The translations under genes were made by a program, and so were the position numbers. A stretch of DNA of 64,000 nucleotides from contig OZ059896.1 in assembly GCA_964057225.1 (NCBI GenBank), positions 16,864,001 to 16,928,000 of the forward strand, read 5' to 3'. How positions within the stretch are numbered: the stretch's first letter is position 1; every line of letters starts with the position of its first letter. Positions 1 through 14,900 of this stretch are shown here, piece by piece. The notes beneath the pieces are model-generated. The model searched no databases. It saw nothing but the letters and a program-made list of their open reading frames with translations, and was not told where the DNA came from. The DNA is from Auanema rhodensis (lineage: Eukaryota; Animalia; Nematoda).

Positions 1-756
1 CTCAGTCTTCAGTTTATTTGAGCAGATTTCCTGAAACTGTCTTATTTTTGCAGCTTGCTAGCTTGCTCGGACTTTGTCTGGACTGTCTTCCTTCATTATT
101 GCTCTCCAAGTCCATGTTTCTGCCTTTACACTATATCTCAATCTAGCTTGCTATCTCCATCTTCCTTTCCAAACATCTTTTCATTTTGATATGATTATTA
201 TTTTAGTCTACTCTTCATCTATCTACCAATTTGCCTCCTCTTGCTCCACTTCATCATCTAATTCTCTTTAAACATTTCCGTATCCTGCTATTGTTCCTCA
301 ACGACTGATTAACGTTTTTTTGTTTTATTTTTCGTATTCAATACTTAAATCATATAAATGTAGTCCTGATTCCATATCCGTCACGCCATCTGTATATGTT
401 CATCTATACACGTATTCTTGCACACTCAAGGGGATATACCACGAGTATAAATAATCTGATACAGAAAATAGAATCACATCCAAACAATCACATTATCAGA
501 TGACGTTGTGAGTATGGTAGTAAACTTCTTCACTATTCAGTTTAGGTTCAGAACGCATACAGACGCATTAAGACTCTGTTGATTATGAAGATTTTTGTTG
601 TTTAGTTATTATTTTTACTTCCAAACTTTTGTTGTTTAATATTTAGATCTTTTATTTTTTTTCTCTCACACACCCGTTTCTCTATATACTTCTTTTTTTC
701 TATTTCTTTCTCTTGATTTCTTCCTTTTTGACTCTCTTTGATTCTTGTTTTCTTCG

Positions 757-800
<44 letters not shown>

Positions 801-3800
801 TTTATATTTTCATTACTTATTCTTATTATGTTCTCGCGGTCGTTCATATTCACAGATAAATAAGGAAAAGAGATCAGACAAGCTTCATATTTGTAGGACA
901 ATGATATCCTCTTCTATCATGATTTAATAACCTGATGCTCCGTATAGAGAATCCTATTCAAAACTATTTTATTGTAAAACAGCTCCTTCTAAGTCTGTTC
1001 GTGTGATGTTTACGACAAGATTTCAAAATTCTTGGCTGTCTGAGCAAACTCACTACATTCGATTCTATCCTTAAAACGGCACCTCAGTCACACTACTTCA
1101 ACTTCTTCTACGTCATCGTCTTCAGATGAAGATGTTTCATTATGATATAAATTTCTATAAATTAATTATTGAACTAGCTTTCATTCAAAATTTTTCGCCC
1201 ATAAACTATTCTTCAACACAATACTATTGCCGATATTTTGTCTGCGACACGATATTTGAGATAAAAAATGTGTCAGAAGATTTGATACAAATCACATGTT
1301 CCTGTGAAATTGACCATATATTAACTAATATATGTGTATAATACGCATAGTAATATGCAATAAAATATTTTTCATTTTTGTCTTCTTTTCATGTTGCGAA
1401 TTCTTTCGAATCAAACATCGAACCTAGGCAAAATCCCAATGTAGATCTCTTTTATATAATCTATGTGTCTATAACTAGTATATGTAAATACATATATACA
1501 TATAGTATATGTTGAATATTATTTATAAAAACAATCTATATTATAATCTAAAAAACCAAAAAAAAAAACTAAAAAAAAGTTTCTTTGTTTATAGTTTGTT
1601 TTATCTTTCAATAGTTATAATAGCATTTAAAACAATGACAAATTATCTATGCCTGTATAACCTAATATGTCAACAAACAGCATAAAATTTATTTTTTTTC
1701 AAATTACCCTCAAGACCTTTCACCTATGACAATTGAATTAAACGATTTTGACATTTCAATTATATAGTTTAATACATATAAAATGTAAATTTGTGTTTTC
1801 ATACAACACAAAGTGGTCGTTGTCGTTTTTTCTATTCGATGAGCTTGTACCACAAATATAAAGATCTTTATTTAAGTATAACTAGATGAGATATGTAAGA
1901 GAAAAGGAGAGAGAGAGAGAGAGAGAGAGGGAGAGACAGAGAGAGAGAGAGGGATGGAGGGAGGGACAGAAAAAGGTAGTTAGGGTGGGAGGGATTGAGG
2001 GAGGGAGAGAGAGAGACTAGTTATAGCCAGTAAATTTTGAGTATCCTTTTATTTAATGAAATTTATTTTTTTTTACCGGAAAAGCAATATCACAATCGGA
2101 AAAATAGTTTTTTCTTCATACGTCTTACTGATCGAAATTTTGTGATCAGCTAGCGCAATTTATCATTCCTTTTATGCAAATTTGAAACATGTTGTTAATC
2201 AAACATGTGAACTTGAAGTACTCAGCTCTGAATCCGATGACGAAATATAGAATTTTGAACAAAGTTCAATTGTGCTGTGGCTCTAAGATTATTTATGTGA
2301 GACAACACTATAAGAAACTACTTCAATGAATAAAAAAAATTTTTTTTTGTAATTTCGATACAATTTATTTATGTTTATTAGTATGCTATAGATTGAATAC
2401 AACCGTACAATTCGTTTTTTAAAAAAATAATAAAGAATTAATTTTACGTGAAATGCGTGGATATACGTGTAAAACAAAAAAAAAACTAAAAATAGTTCAC
2501 TTACATCAATGTTCTAATTAACCTTTTCAATAGTTTTATTTAAATGTTTCCTAATTTGAATAAAATATTTTCTATATATAGCTCAGTTGAACAGGACAAA
2601 GAATAAAACCTTATGTGATCAGGAAGTGTTTATAATCTGGCTTAGAGCATGAAGCATATCAAGAGTCCGGCTTAAGCCCGTGCACTGCACTACCTGACTT
2701 ATGTACGAAGTGCAAATATCGAGCATTAATGATGTCATCATGCTTTTTTAGGCTTAAAAAAACTAATTTTCAATTCTTCAATAAAGAAAGAACAATATTA
2801 GAACTAACAAAACGTTTAGAATCTAAATTGAATTTCGTCTAGCTGACTTCTCAGCTGAATAAATTTAGTAGTTTAATGTTCTTAAAGCAATTAGCTATAT
2901 ATGGCATCAACACTTTTCAAGCTTAATCCATCTTTTCACATTATAACTTATTCTATTATGTTATATGTATAATATTATAAATAATAATATTTAATTTTAG
3001 CCATATACATACATATAATTATATCTTTAAACATCTATTATTCTAAAATAACAAGTTAATTTGGAAAATTTGTTTATTTTATTTTTAATAATTGGTTTTC
3101 CATAGGTGAGATGAAACGCTCAACGATCTCCCATCGTCAAAATTAAAAACAAGTCATGCCGATTATGAAGCATTCAAAGATTGAAGGAGAAGAAACAAGA
3201 GAAGAGACAAAAAAATTGAGCAAAAATCATTTTTTTTGGAATACATTATTTTTTCATTTTTTATTATTTGAACTATTAGTTTTCACAACATATATCCATT
3301 TATATTTTTTTAGTTTGTTTTGCTTTTTTCTGATCACAGCAAAGTCTTGTTTCTAGAATAAGCACAAAAAAAACGAGTAGGATATATGTATTTGATACAA
3401 ATTGGCTGTTCAAATTGTTAAAATCATACAATTTTTTGTTATTTCGTTAATTATTCGTCTGCTATTAAGTGGAGGAGGAAAAAAATTAGAAATTCATCCA
3501 AAAAAACTTTTTTTTGTTAATTTTGCTCAAGTAATTTGATTAATCATTTTGATAGCGTGGGATGAAGAATGATGAAGCATAAAATTTTGGAGTGAGAACG
3601 ATAGAGAGAGATAGAGGGAGGGAAATAGAGGGAGAGAGAGAGAGAGAGAGAGAGGAAGAGAGAGGAAGAAAGAGATAGTAGGTTGAATCTCTGTAATTTG
3701 GATAAAATAAGTGCTTCACAAAGTATGCCATACATCTCGCTAAACTCAATGAAAACCCAAGGAAGTTATAGGATATGTAAAACATGCATCATACATGTAC

Positions 3801-6800
3801 ATACACATGTCTATTTTTTCTATTTTCTTTGTTATATGTATGTATAGTTACATATATAATATATAGTTAATCATTTTTTACTTTCAACAATTATCTTTTA
3901 TAATACATCTATCATATGTTATTCAAATACCTACTAATTTATTCTGGTAAAAGCTTGTCAACTATATGTAATATACATCAATATATGTATATATGTATTA
4001 TATGTACATGTATCTATCTATCTATCTATTTATACATATAGTTTATATTATTATGTCTGAATATCATTTTGAATGTTCCACAATTATGTTATATTTCCTG
4101 AAATAATCAGCAATATCTTTGTAATATTTTCAAAAATATTTTTTACATTCGAATGTTCTTTTTTGCTCTATTCTCAGAATAAGCTTTAAAAAATGAGAGA
4201 ATATTATGCTAATGAGCGAGTATGTTGCTTATTATCAACCTTATAAATTAAATTAAATTATAAATTATATTTTATAGTAATTAGAAGATTTTTTCGTTCA
4301 TTTTTGTATGTGTGTGTTCAAAAAATTTAATTCTATTCTAAACTACATGCATCAACCAGTCAGGTACAACTATTTTTCATCTCTTTTCGAAACACAGTTA
4401 TGTTGTTCTTGGCCGATTAAATTTCTAACTTTTTCGATTTTATGTAATCAGTTTTCGAGAAATGCTATGCTCATGTCACCGAAGAGCTACTATTCATTTC
4501 AAATAGACAGCCTAACTCATCAGAAATTTGCATTTTGTTCCTACTTCGAAGTCTTAAGTCCATCTGACTCCGAATCATTGACGTCTTATTGTCTATGTCC
4601 ATCTTTTCAATTATCCACAGATCAAGCTATGGCGTTGAAAATGGCAATTTGATGCTTTTTCTTTGTTCCATTCGGAGTCAAAATGCATCATTCGATAAAA
4701 AAAAGCTGCAAAATCGTAGAACTTGTCATTGATTTAATCTGCTAAATCGGAACTCTGATACTTTTCCATTTTAAATTTATGTTAACTATATCATTTATGC
4801 AGTCTTTGTTAGATATACATTCCTCCCCATTTACGTTGGTTGTGGGTTTTTTGCTTATTCATCGCCAAGTTATTTGTTAAAACCCTCTACTTCTTCTTTT
4901 CCTTCCATTCCACAATCCTGACGACAAATTGTAAGATCCCGGTGATTTTGCAAAAAAATTTAAATTTTTTTCTCTATGTACATCCGATTTCTCAGTATAC
5001 TCATGTCCAGGTCCCTAAGTTAAGAAAGTACAAGAAGGATAACAAAGAGCTACGTGATGATTGTTATGGTGGTGATGACACAGGCTTTCGGCTAATACTT
5101 CAGATTTTTAATTTGACTTCTAACGTCCAAGCAATGTTGGATTGATTTATTAGAATAAAGCTTTAGACAGCTTATCAGCTGAGAATTTTTTTGTTGTCCA
5201 ACTTGATCAAGAATTGGAGCAGCATAGTCGTTCATAATAAGGTTTCAACAAGCGAAAAACAGTATCGGGGAAATGGCATGCAAGAACGAAATGCAGAAAA
5301 AAAGATTTGAAGCATGACATACTTCTGAATGATAGGATTCAATCAGCACTCTGATTTCAAGTAATACCCGTAAATAGCATTTGTAGCTTTGTTTTTACAT
5401 TTAGGCATATATACATGTAATTCACATAAATCCAGAAAACTGTTAAAAAAAACAAAAAGATAAGAAGTTCAAAAGTTATTTCAAATGCCAACAAATGACA
5501 TCCTAAAAACAGTTATGAAGAAAGAAATATTTTTTGTATGTATGAGAAAGAGATAGAGCGATAGAAAGAGAAAGAAAAGAGAGAGAGAGAGAAAATAGAA
5601 AACGAGAAAAACAAAATGTCTTCTAGAGGAGACTTTTTTGAGAAAAAAAAAAGAAGACAAGAATAGCCCAGACATCTGCTGTTACTTTTCTAACTTTTCT
5701 TTCTTGGCTTGTTAGAAGCAATCGTGTTTAAGCCCAATAATTACTTTCAGTTTATCTCCAGCCTAGTTGACATCGTGTAAGTAGCATATTTTAATTTTTT
5801 GAAACATACAACGAATACTTCGAAAACGGAAGCATTTGTTATTTCAATCTCCTCCTCCTCCTCTTCGTAGTCGGACTCATGCATTCATAGTTGGAGGGGA
5901 GTATTCCAGATTAAGCTTTAGTATGCTCATGTCTGAAACTTCATTTCCGCTTCTGTTTCACATAAAGCATAAATCTGTTGCTACGGCACATCGTAATTTC
6001 TTTTTTTATTTGTCTCTCAAATCATTCTCTATTCATGCTTTACCTCAACCTTTAAACTGCTTAACATGGATATTCATTGACATTGCGAAGTAAGCCACTC
6101 GAATGTTCAAACTCAAATTTAAAAAAAAATAATATATTCAATATAATAATAAATTCAAATATAATTTAAGAAGATTTTCATCTATTACGTCGATCGTCGA
6201 ATGAATTTTTTTATTTTTGGTCTTCGAATCTTGAAAAGTTTCAAATAGATTGAATGATATATGTATGTATTAAATATATTCTTAAAAATGATCCACGAAA
6301 AGAGGGAGAGAGAAAGATACAGAGGGAGAAGTAGAGAGGAAGTGATTGAATATGAGGTAACCAAAAGGAATCTATAGAGGGGATAGAGTAGGTCATTACT
6401 GCGGTAATGGATTCATCAAAGTTGCCAACCTCATTTATTTCTTAATCATGTAAGATTTTTTGAATATTCACTTCAACAAACCGCATCATTATATTGAAAG
6501 TTATTCAAAGTTGAACATACTGTCCTTCTTGAGTGGGAAGATCTGAAGCAAGTTGAGCAAAACGCTTCTCCAGAAAAATATGTTCTTGTTGCCTCACTCA
6601 AAGTTAAGCTTTTGCAAAATATGTGAAATATAACAATAGAATACAATGTAAAATATTCTTGTAAATTTTGGTAAAATAGATATATGACTAGGCTCATAAG
6701 CTTGTGTTCTTCATGTTTCTTTCTCGTGTTGCTTCTTCTTTTTTTATTTTCCGATACCTCTGATTTTATTCTCTATATTGAGTTTTAACAATACTCTTCT

Positions 6801-8841
6801 ACTGATAATGAAGTTTATACTCTTCAGTCTCATTCCAATCTTTGATCTAAATTTTTCTATTTTTCTATATTTTTATACATACATATGTATCTAATATTAT
6901 GAATTTGTCTGGACTATTTTCGCTCTTCATTAGTGTTCTTTGAGCAAGAGAAATGATCACAAACGTACCTGTTCCAATCATAACATCAGGATTTCTCAAA
7001 CTATAAAAATAGGCTGAACTGACGGGATTTGATGAATATTCAATAAGCTTGAAAAGCTTATTTTAATAACTTACAACCACTCTTTCATATTTTCTTTTCT
7101 CCATGTCTATTTATGTATTTTTTTTCTTTTCAATATTCAGCTCTTCTTAATTTTATAATATTATATGATCGTTATTTAGAACACATAATCAGCACAACAT
7201 GATTGCCGTAACAATACCATAATATTCTGAAAAAACATAATTTTAAAAAGAAATGATATTTTCTAAAGTTTATTCTCATTAACTTTATCACCGTTTGCTC
7301 TTTGCTACTACAAGTTTTTGGGTGAGAAGTTCATCTTAGTTTCAATACAACAGGTTAGTCTAATGTCTTTCAACTTAACTTTTTTTCCCTCAAAAATATC
7401 ATTTTCCTAATATTTCTATACATAAGTACCTTCGTTTTTCATTATATTTCTTTAATTTGATTTTAATTATTTTATTTTGTTTACTCATATTAATTCAAAT
7501 ATTTTATATATTCATATTATCTTATTAATAACAATTGTCTTAATATTTTAATCAGTTAGTTATAATGACATATGTATATATAGCTAGAGCTACAGCTAAA
7601 TGACATCATTTTGATAATTTTTAATTCGAAATGATTCTATTCTTCATGACGGTCAATGTTATATTATATATAATATATAAATATACATATATTTATGTAT
7701 AATTTATGATGTTAGCCGACAAATTGTTGAAAATAAGATTTTAATTTCAACAAATGAAAAAGAAAAACTCAGCTTCTTTTATCCTTTTATTTTTACTCAA
7801 GTTTTTTGAAAAAAAAAAGAAACAAAAAGAAAAACTTGCATATGTATGTGCTAGAATGGACACTTGTAATAACTTTGGCTACAACTAAGGCGACCAATAA
7901 GATTACACGAGCATAGGGGTTGAAAATTCTCTTTAAAAAACAAACATTTCTATATATAGTACTTAGCTTTGCGTTGAATGTTGTGTACTTGCTTTGTATT
8001 TTCGTGGTACACAGATTATTCAGACGGAAGAATAGAAAGGGGAAGGGAAGTAAGAAAATTGAAAAAGAAAAGATGAATAAGAGTGAGAATATGTCGCGTT
8101 TTGTGCATGGTATGACAAGATTTAATGAAAAGCACCTCAAATCTAGTGCAGATTTTCAAGTGATCAATGATTTTCACTGAAAAAATGAAAAAAAAGTCAA
8201 TTTTAGGAGTTGAAGAGTGAAGTACGTTTGTTGTTAATAGCCTCAACATCCATTTTGCACCTCATTTAGCAATTTCAATGCTTAAACTTTTATTTAAGGT
8301 ATATAGAAAATGGATCTTTTCATCTTATTTTTTAGAAAATACCCAAATATGTGAAAATGTCTATATTCCCATATCATTGTCATCGTTGTCGTCGAAAACC
8401 TCTTCTTATCTCCTGAATATATAAATTTAACCTAATGAAGAAGTGAATCAAGATTTCTGAAATCTTTAGAAACGTGGATAAATTCAAAAGAAAACACAAG
8501 TTTCCGCTAGTCTAATGATTTAGACGTCTGAATTAAAAAGTAGAAGATCGAATCTCGAGTAATTCGTGTAAGATTCCTTTTTTTTTATTTCTTTGTTATA
8601 TATCGTCAACTACTTAAGAAGTTCTTTTGAATGAGATTTTCTCTTCTTTCCTGTAAACCTAAATGTATTTTCTTCTTTCTATCCGTTACTTCTAATTTTT
8701 GATTTTTTTAAAACTTCTCTTGCTCAATCTCTCTCACTTACCCCCTCTTTTGACATCTTACCGTGGTCGGCTGGTTTCCATTAATACCACCAAATCTTTT
8801 TCTCTAGAAATCCGAATAATAATTTCTTCCTTGTTTTTCAG

Positions 8842-8940
8842 AATGGATAGAACAGTGTGGGGTCGTCTTTCAACAGCGTTATCAAGAGAACAGATGATGA
8901 ATGAGTTATCATCATGTAACACAATCGAATGTTTCTTAAG
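8842..8940 (+). other. Isolated exon-like segment, possibly part of a small unannotated gene
   Basis: ttgtttttcag|A ATG ... TTA AG|gtacga; 99 nt with one open frame MDRTVWGRLSTALSREQMMNELSSCNTIECFL; GC higher than the flanks. Confidence 0.4.
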
Positions 8941-11900
8941 GTACGATATTATGTTTTTTTTCTTATTTTATTTAATATCTTTTATCTTTTTTCCAATAAA
9001 ATAAAGCAAATTCTTCTGATGTTTATTTATTTTTGTGTTGGCTTAATTTCATAGTCTAAGCTCTTCGTTTTTATATATTTTTTTGAATTGCCAATCTATG
9101 TGTATGTGTATCTCATCATATCTTTCATTTTTGGTTAAAATTCATCAAATGAATTTTAAAAATATTTTTCGCGTAAAGAAAACATTTCATTAAATATTTT
9201 GAACAGGATACTGTTTCAAAATATGAATTCTTGATTTTTTTATAATTTTTGAAATTTTCATTGAATATTAATCCTGTATTATGTATATACATGTGAAACA
9301 TTGTTATTGATATAACTAACAACTCACAGTTTAATCTATTGTTTATATTTCTCAATAGTTTCATAGTTATCATCATTTCTGATTGATTCACTTTCCAATA
9401 TATATTTTTTTCAAACGTTCCTTACCATATTTTATAACCTTTTGAACGAAAATATGAATTTTCATCTCTTTTATTTTACCATTTTTTGCCATTTTTTGTT
9501 ATATTTTGTTTAAAAACATTATCGAGACTAAAAACAAATGAGAAAAAGAAAGAAAGAAATAAAATAAATTTACTTTTCTCTTTTTCATATTCTCATTAAC
9601 AGTTTTTCTTTTATATTTAATCCTAATATTGGATGTATTGAAGAATTTTTGCAGCTTAAAAGCTATGAAAAATTGAGTATGTATCTTGATAAATGATTTT
9701 CAAGTTTTTCAGTTTATCTAGCTTTCTGTAATATAGGAATGCTAGGTGCCTTGTCAGACTCAGTAGACGTAATAAAAATCTCTCTCTCTCTCTTTCTCTT
9801 TATCCTGTTTTCTCTTATATATTCAAAAAATATTTGAACTTGACCGAGAAGAACGCAGATTAGTAAATGAGCGTTTAAAAATTAATTAATTCGGATTGAC
9901 AAACTTCTAAATACATACTAGCAGTTATCATAGTGACATTTTTAAGATGGCACTTACACGATTTGTATAAGAAACGTAAGATGACTCTAAAACATTTGAT
10001 AATACTAAAATATTTTATTTAATATATTTGATAATATTAAATCATATTACAAAACATAAATTAATTTAATTTCCTTATTATTCAACTACTTCAGTTCAGT
10101 TCCTTTTATCAAATATTTTTTCGAAAAAAAAAGAATATAAAAATATGTAAAAGCAACAAAGCAGGCCTCTTCCACTTCCGGATTTAAATAGAAATACTCC
10201 ACATTTACAAACCAAAGCCATTTTTCTTTGGAATATTTTTCATTTTTTTTTGCTCTTATTTCAAGTTATTTCACTGAGAGATACTTTAAACGACAATAAA
10301 TCATATGCCTCTTTTACTATTAATGATAGCACGTGTATGTAGTGTATGTATGTATGTTTGTGCTTTATTCAGCTATTTAAATTCTTTCAAACTTGAAACC
10401 TTAAATACCATCCATCACAAGTTCAGAATACAAATGAGAAAATTGCTCTGAGAGCGTAAGGAAGCCTGGTACTTCCTGAACGAAAAGGATATTGCTTAGC
10501 TGTGACTACCACTACACTAGATGATAACAGTAGTGACTTCTTGCTAAGTGCTCTTCCAACAAAGTGCACAACTGAACTGTGAAAAGGAACAGTATTAGTG
10601 CTTGAGAGAGAGAGATGAATCTATATAACTACTCATATGATTTCGCCTCTCAAATGTATTTTCATTTCAATCATCTCTTGTCCTGAAAAATATCTTTTTT
10701 GTTTCAAAAATATCTTCTTCTTTATGTCAATAAACTTGCTTTCATTGTTTTGCAGTTGCCTTGTTCACCCTAAAATCTTATATCTTATTATTTTTTTCTT
10801 TGATAAATAAAAATTATTAAATGAAAAAAAAACAAAGCAATAACGACACTTCAATATTCATATTATCCAAATCATCTTAAAGCAATCATCGTTCTTTTTG
10901 TGAAACTCTACATCATACAACGATTCCCCTTTCCCAATTATAGCTTCTTGCAATATTTACATTAATCATTGTTAGTATTTAATATAAAGTGACTAAGTCG
11001 TATTCGGTACAAGCTTCTACTTCTATTACACCATCTTTTTCAATCTTTCTCAATCTTTCCCGATTATTTTCATTTTGTTCTTTGTCATACTCAACTTCCT
11101 TTTCGATTTTATAATCCTTTTATAGAATCTTGATTAATTTCTTTCAAATAAATAAACTTAGATTGCCTTAATGTCTCTATTTTGTTTTTTTTGTTCCAAT
11201 TAAAATATTGTGTTGTATGTCCTTTCCAGTTTGAAAATGGATATCAAAAGTTGTTCTCTGATCATTTTCGACGTCAAAATAATGCACCTTCTAGAGTTCT
11301 TCATCTAGTGAGCTTCATTTTCCCTCTTACCCTCTTGTCTTTTGCTCTTCAAAGCATTAAACCTTACCAATTGATTTGTCCTTTCATACTGAAATTTACG
11401 TTTTTCAAAAGGTTTGAATCTATTTTTCATCCATATTTGGCATTTTTTGTTTCTCTTTTTACTTTTCTCTCTTGTCATCTTCATGAATTGAGCCCAATAT
11501 CTTGCTTTACCCTCTCTATGTCCTCTCTCATTTTCCCACTCTCAATTCTAATTCTGACGTTTTCTTCCTTTTCATTCTTCTCACTTTTCTAAAAATGGTG
11601 GCAGAGTAGATGAATGATGACAATAATTTTACGTTGGACCTATCATACAAAAAGCTTTAAAGTGAAGCAAGTACATCTATAGTTTTCTTTCACATTCAAA
11701 TAACTTATATTTTGTCTTCTTTTCATTGTTTCTCAAAATTTCAAACAATTGCTTACGTACTTACCATCTTCTATCTCCAATCATTGTTTTCTGTATGAAA
11801 ACAGTTCATTTACTGTTACATGACGTAAAACATTAAAATTAAAATGCTGTTCTGGCATCAACTTTTTCATTTTTTGGTGTTTTTTCATTTATTCCACTTT

Positions 11901-14900
11901 CTATACACAGCTCAAAATATCTTCCATCATTTTAACTTTAAACTCTAAAAATAGACGAGGTGTAGTTCTTCTTGAACTTCAGCATTAGCAACTGAAGTTA
12001 GAAAGAATGATTGAAGTACTTCTTATACTTTTTTTTTAAATCAAACATACAATATAAAATAAAAAAAATCTTAAATTTTAAATATATTCCATGCACATGT
12101 ATTCTCAAATCTATATAAGTGACAATGTTCGTGTCCCAAAATCATTACTCAATTGTTTTTTTTTCGAACTCAAACATCATTGATTATTTATATTTGCCTT
12201 AATAATTCCAATTATTACTCAGTACTCTATATGTTGGAAAACATTTTTTTTAATCACAGATTTATGTACAAATTCTCAAATATTCTTATCCACATTGAGT
12301 AAAGCTCTTTGAGTTTTTTCATCTCATACAATCTCTTTTCTTTTTTCTTCTTCTTTTTTTTTGTTTTATTCTTTGCTCTTTTTATAAAATTTCAAAATAA
12401 TATTTCTTTTTCTCAAATATTATTATTATATTATATGTATACGTATATACAAAAACTTCTATATATGACAAGATGTCAGTATCTACATATATGTTAATAT
12501 AGTATATATAACTAACTACATTCATAACTATATCCAAATATAGATACATATACATGTATCTATTTATTATTTTTTTCTTCTATCACAATCATCTTCATCT
12601 GTATGAGTCTTATGATATCGAACAAGTAGTACACATATTTCTGAGTTTATAAGAATAGTTACACATGTACGTACATATACTATATGTACATGTATGTATA
12701 TATTGGTCAATGACATTATGGCGACGACGACAACGGCAGAACCAGATTCTCGCTAGGCTCATTCTTCACAAAAATAACTTTGTTATCGATCATTAAGTCT
12801 CTTTTCATGAACTACATCCTTAGAATAATAAAAATCTCTTTTTTTTGCTTATTTGCCTCAGCATATTCCCATCGCCTTATACATACTATATCCTCCCCTG
12901 ACTTCTTTCTCAATATTGTTTTGTATTGTTCTCACACAACATTGAAAATGCTCGAAATATGTGGAATGTTGCCAACTGCAGTGTTGTCTACAATCTATCT
13001 GAAATACTATTCATCCGATCCTGTCATAGACTTTTGTGTATCATTTAGCAAATCTCATGTGAAAAAAAGTGTTCAAATTCACGTTTTTACGTGAGAAACT
13101 TTCGTTTAAACAAATTGACGTGAAAATTTTTCCATTTAAATAGTCTGTGAGAATTGACCGATTGAATACATTTTGTCTGTATATAGCAATTTTATTCTTT
13201 TCATTTCAATCGTCTTTTTCTTTTTTTTTATTCTAAATTTTTCATTTGAAATTACATCACCAAAAAAAGCATTTTTAACCGACATTTCAACAAAACAATA
13301 CAAAAAATTCATTTGGTCACTTCTATTGCTGTTATTCTGTCAAATTTATGATTTTACTTACTAAAACAAACTTTTCATTTCACTTTACATCGGTGTCATA
13401 AAGCCTAAGCCGGTAAAACATGTTCTATGTGGATCTGTACAGAATTATATATGTGTTAGCAGCGTGTTTGTATGAAGTTCATGATATAACATTTGTTTCA
13501 CCTTTTCTTTTTTTAACTATAAATTATATGCAAGTAGCTCATGTTCATAAGCGCTCATTCATTCTATCATTCTCGCTCAATCTCTCTTTCTCATTTTATT
13601 TGCTAAAATGTTTTTTGATTCTCTGACTATCTTAATCATACAAGATATTAAAGGAAAAAGAATAAGACTATCATTTTATTTCTTACTAAAGCCAAAGTCA
13701 GAAAGCAATACCTTAAAGGGAGTCTATGAATTTCTTACACATTCATGTTCTTTAGAAATCTTCATATGGCAAACAACCCTTGATAACTGACCATTATTGC
13801 ACAGATTATGGAAAATTCATGATCTTGTCATCTTTCCGAAGTGCTTCCAATAGTTAGATAATAAAAAGATTAATTTTAGATTTCTTATTTTTCACAAAAA
13901 TCATATATCGTCATATACATATGTTGGCAGAGAACTAAAACAGGAGTTTATTAAATAAATTCTGAGGGCATAGTGTATTGAAAAGTGATTAAAATAGGGA
14001 AAAATAGAAAAAAATAAAGTTTAATATCTTTTTGAAATTGAATCTTCTTATATTTTAAATTAGTTTACAATTTTTGTAGCTATTGAATAATATGATTAAA
14101 GAGTAAGTATTTAAGTTTATTGTAATACTATATCTATCTATTTTATATATTATAGTATTTTATTTTATTTTAGCATAGTATAAATCTAATCAGTAAAATA
14201 TAATTTATAATATCATCTCAGGTATCATTCTCTTATATTTTGAAAGTATTAACAACAAGTACATTCTCTCATCTAAACTAACACTTACTAAATGATAATA
14301 AAAATTAAGACTATACACTTTCATATAGCATAGATCTAGGATTTTCAGATTTTAGGGTATTATATAGAATATATTTACATGATATACATACATATTTGTA
14401 CCTATTTATATTTTTTTCTCTAAATAACTATATAGATATATGAAGTAGCTCTATAGATTTCTTTTTAAAGCTTTCTAAACGCCAATGTGATCTTGAAGCT
14501 ATAGCCAGATATCACAGTTGATTTAACATGCTTAGAGTTTACAAGGTGGAACAAGCTTCTTTATAATATTTTCATGAACATTTTCCGCTTTTTAAATTAA
14601 ATATTTTAAACCTTAACTATTCATGTATTATGAGAATATAGCTTAAGTGCAGTTAAGTTTTGAGAAGAGAAATTTAGAAATAGATTGAGGACAAGAGAGA
14701 GAGACAAGTATGTATGCATGCAAGAATAGCAATATATTAAGAATAAGAAAGAAAATATCAAACAAAAAGATTGAAAGGATGTCCTTTTAAACATAATTTA
14801 TAGTTAATGAAGTTAAGTTTTTTTTTTGTCTATAAAAATAATAATGTTTGAAAAGTAATTTTATGTTATTAAAAATAGAAAACCAATATTTTATTTTTAA

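Noticed and set aside
14483-14532. Small hairpin ending in TATCACAG, the miR-2/miR-43 family seed
   Set aside because: The stem is only ~10 bp and does not extend to a pre-miRNA-length duplex.
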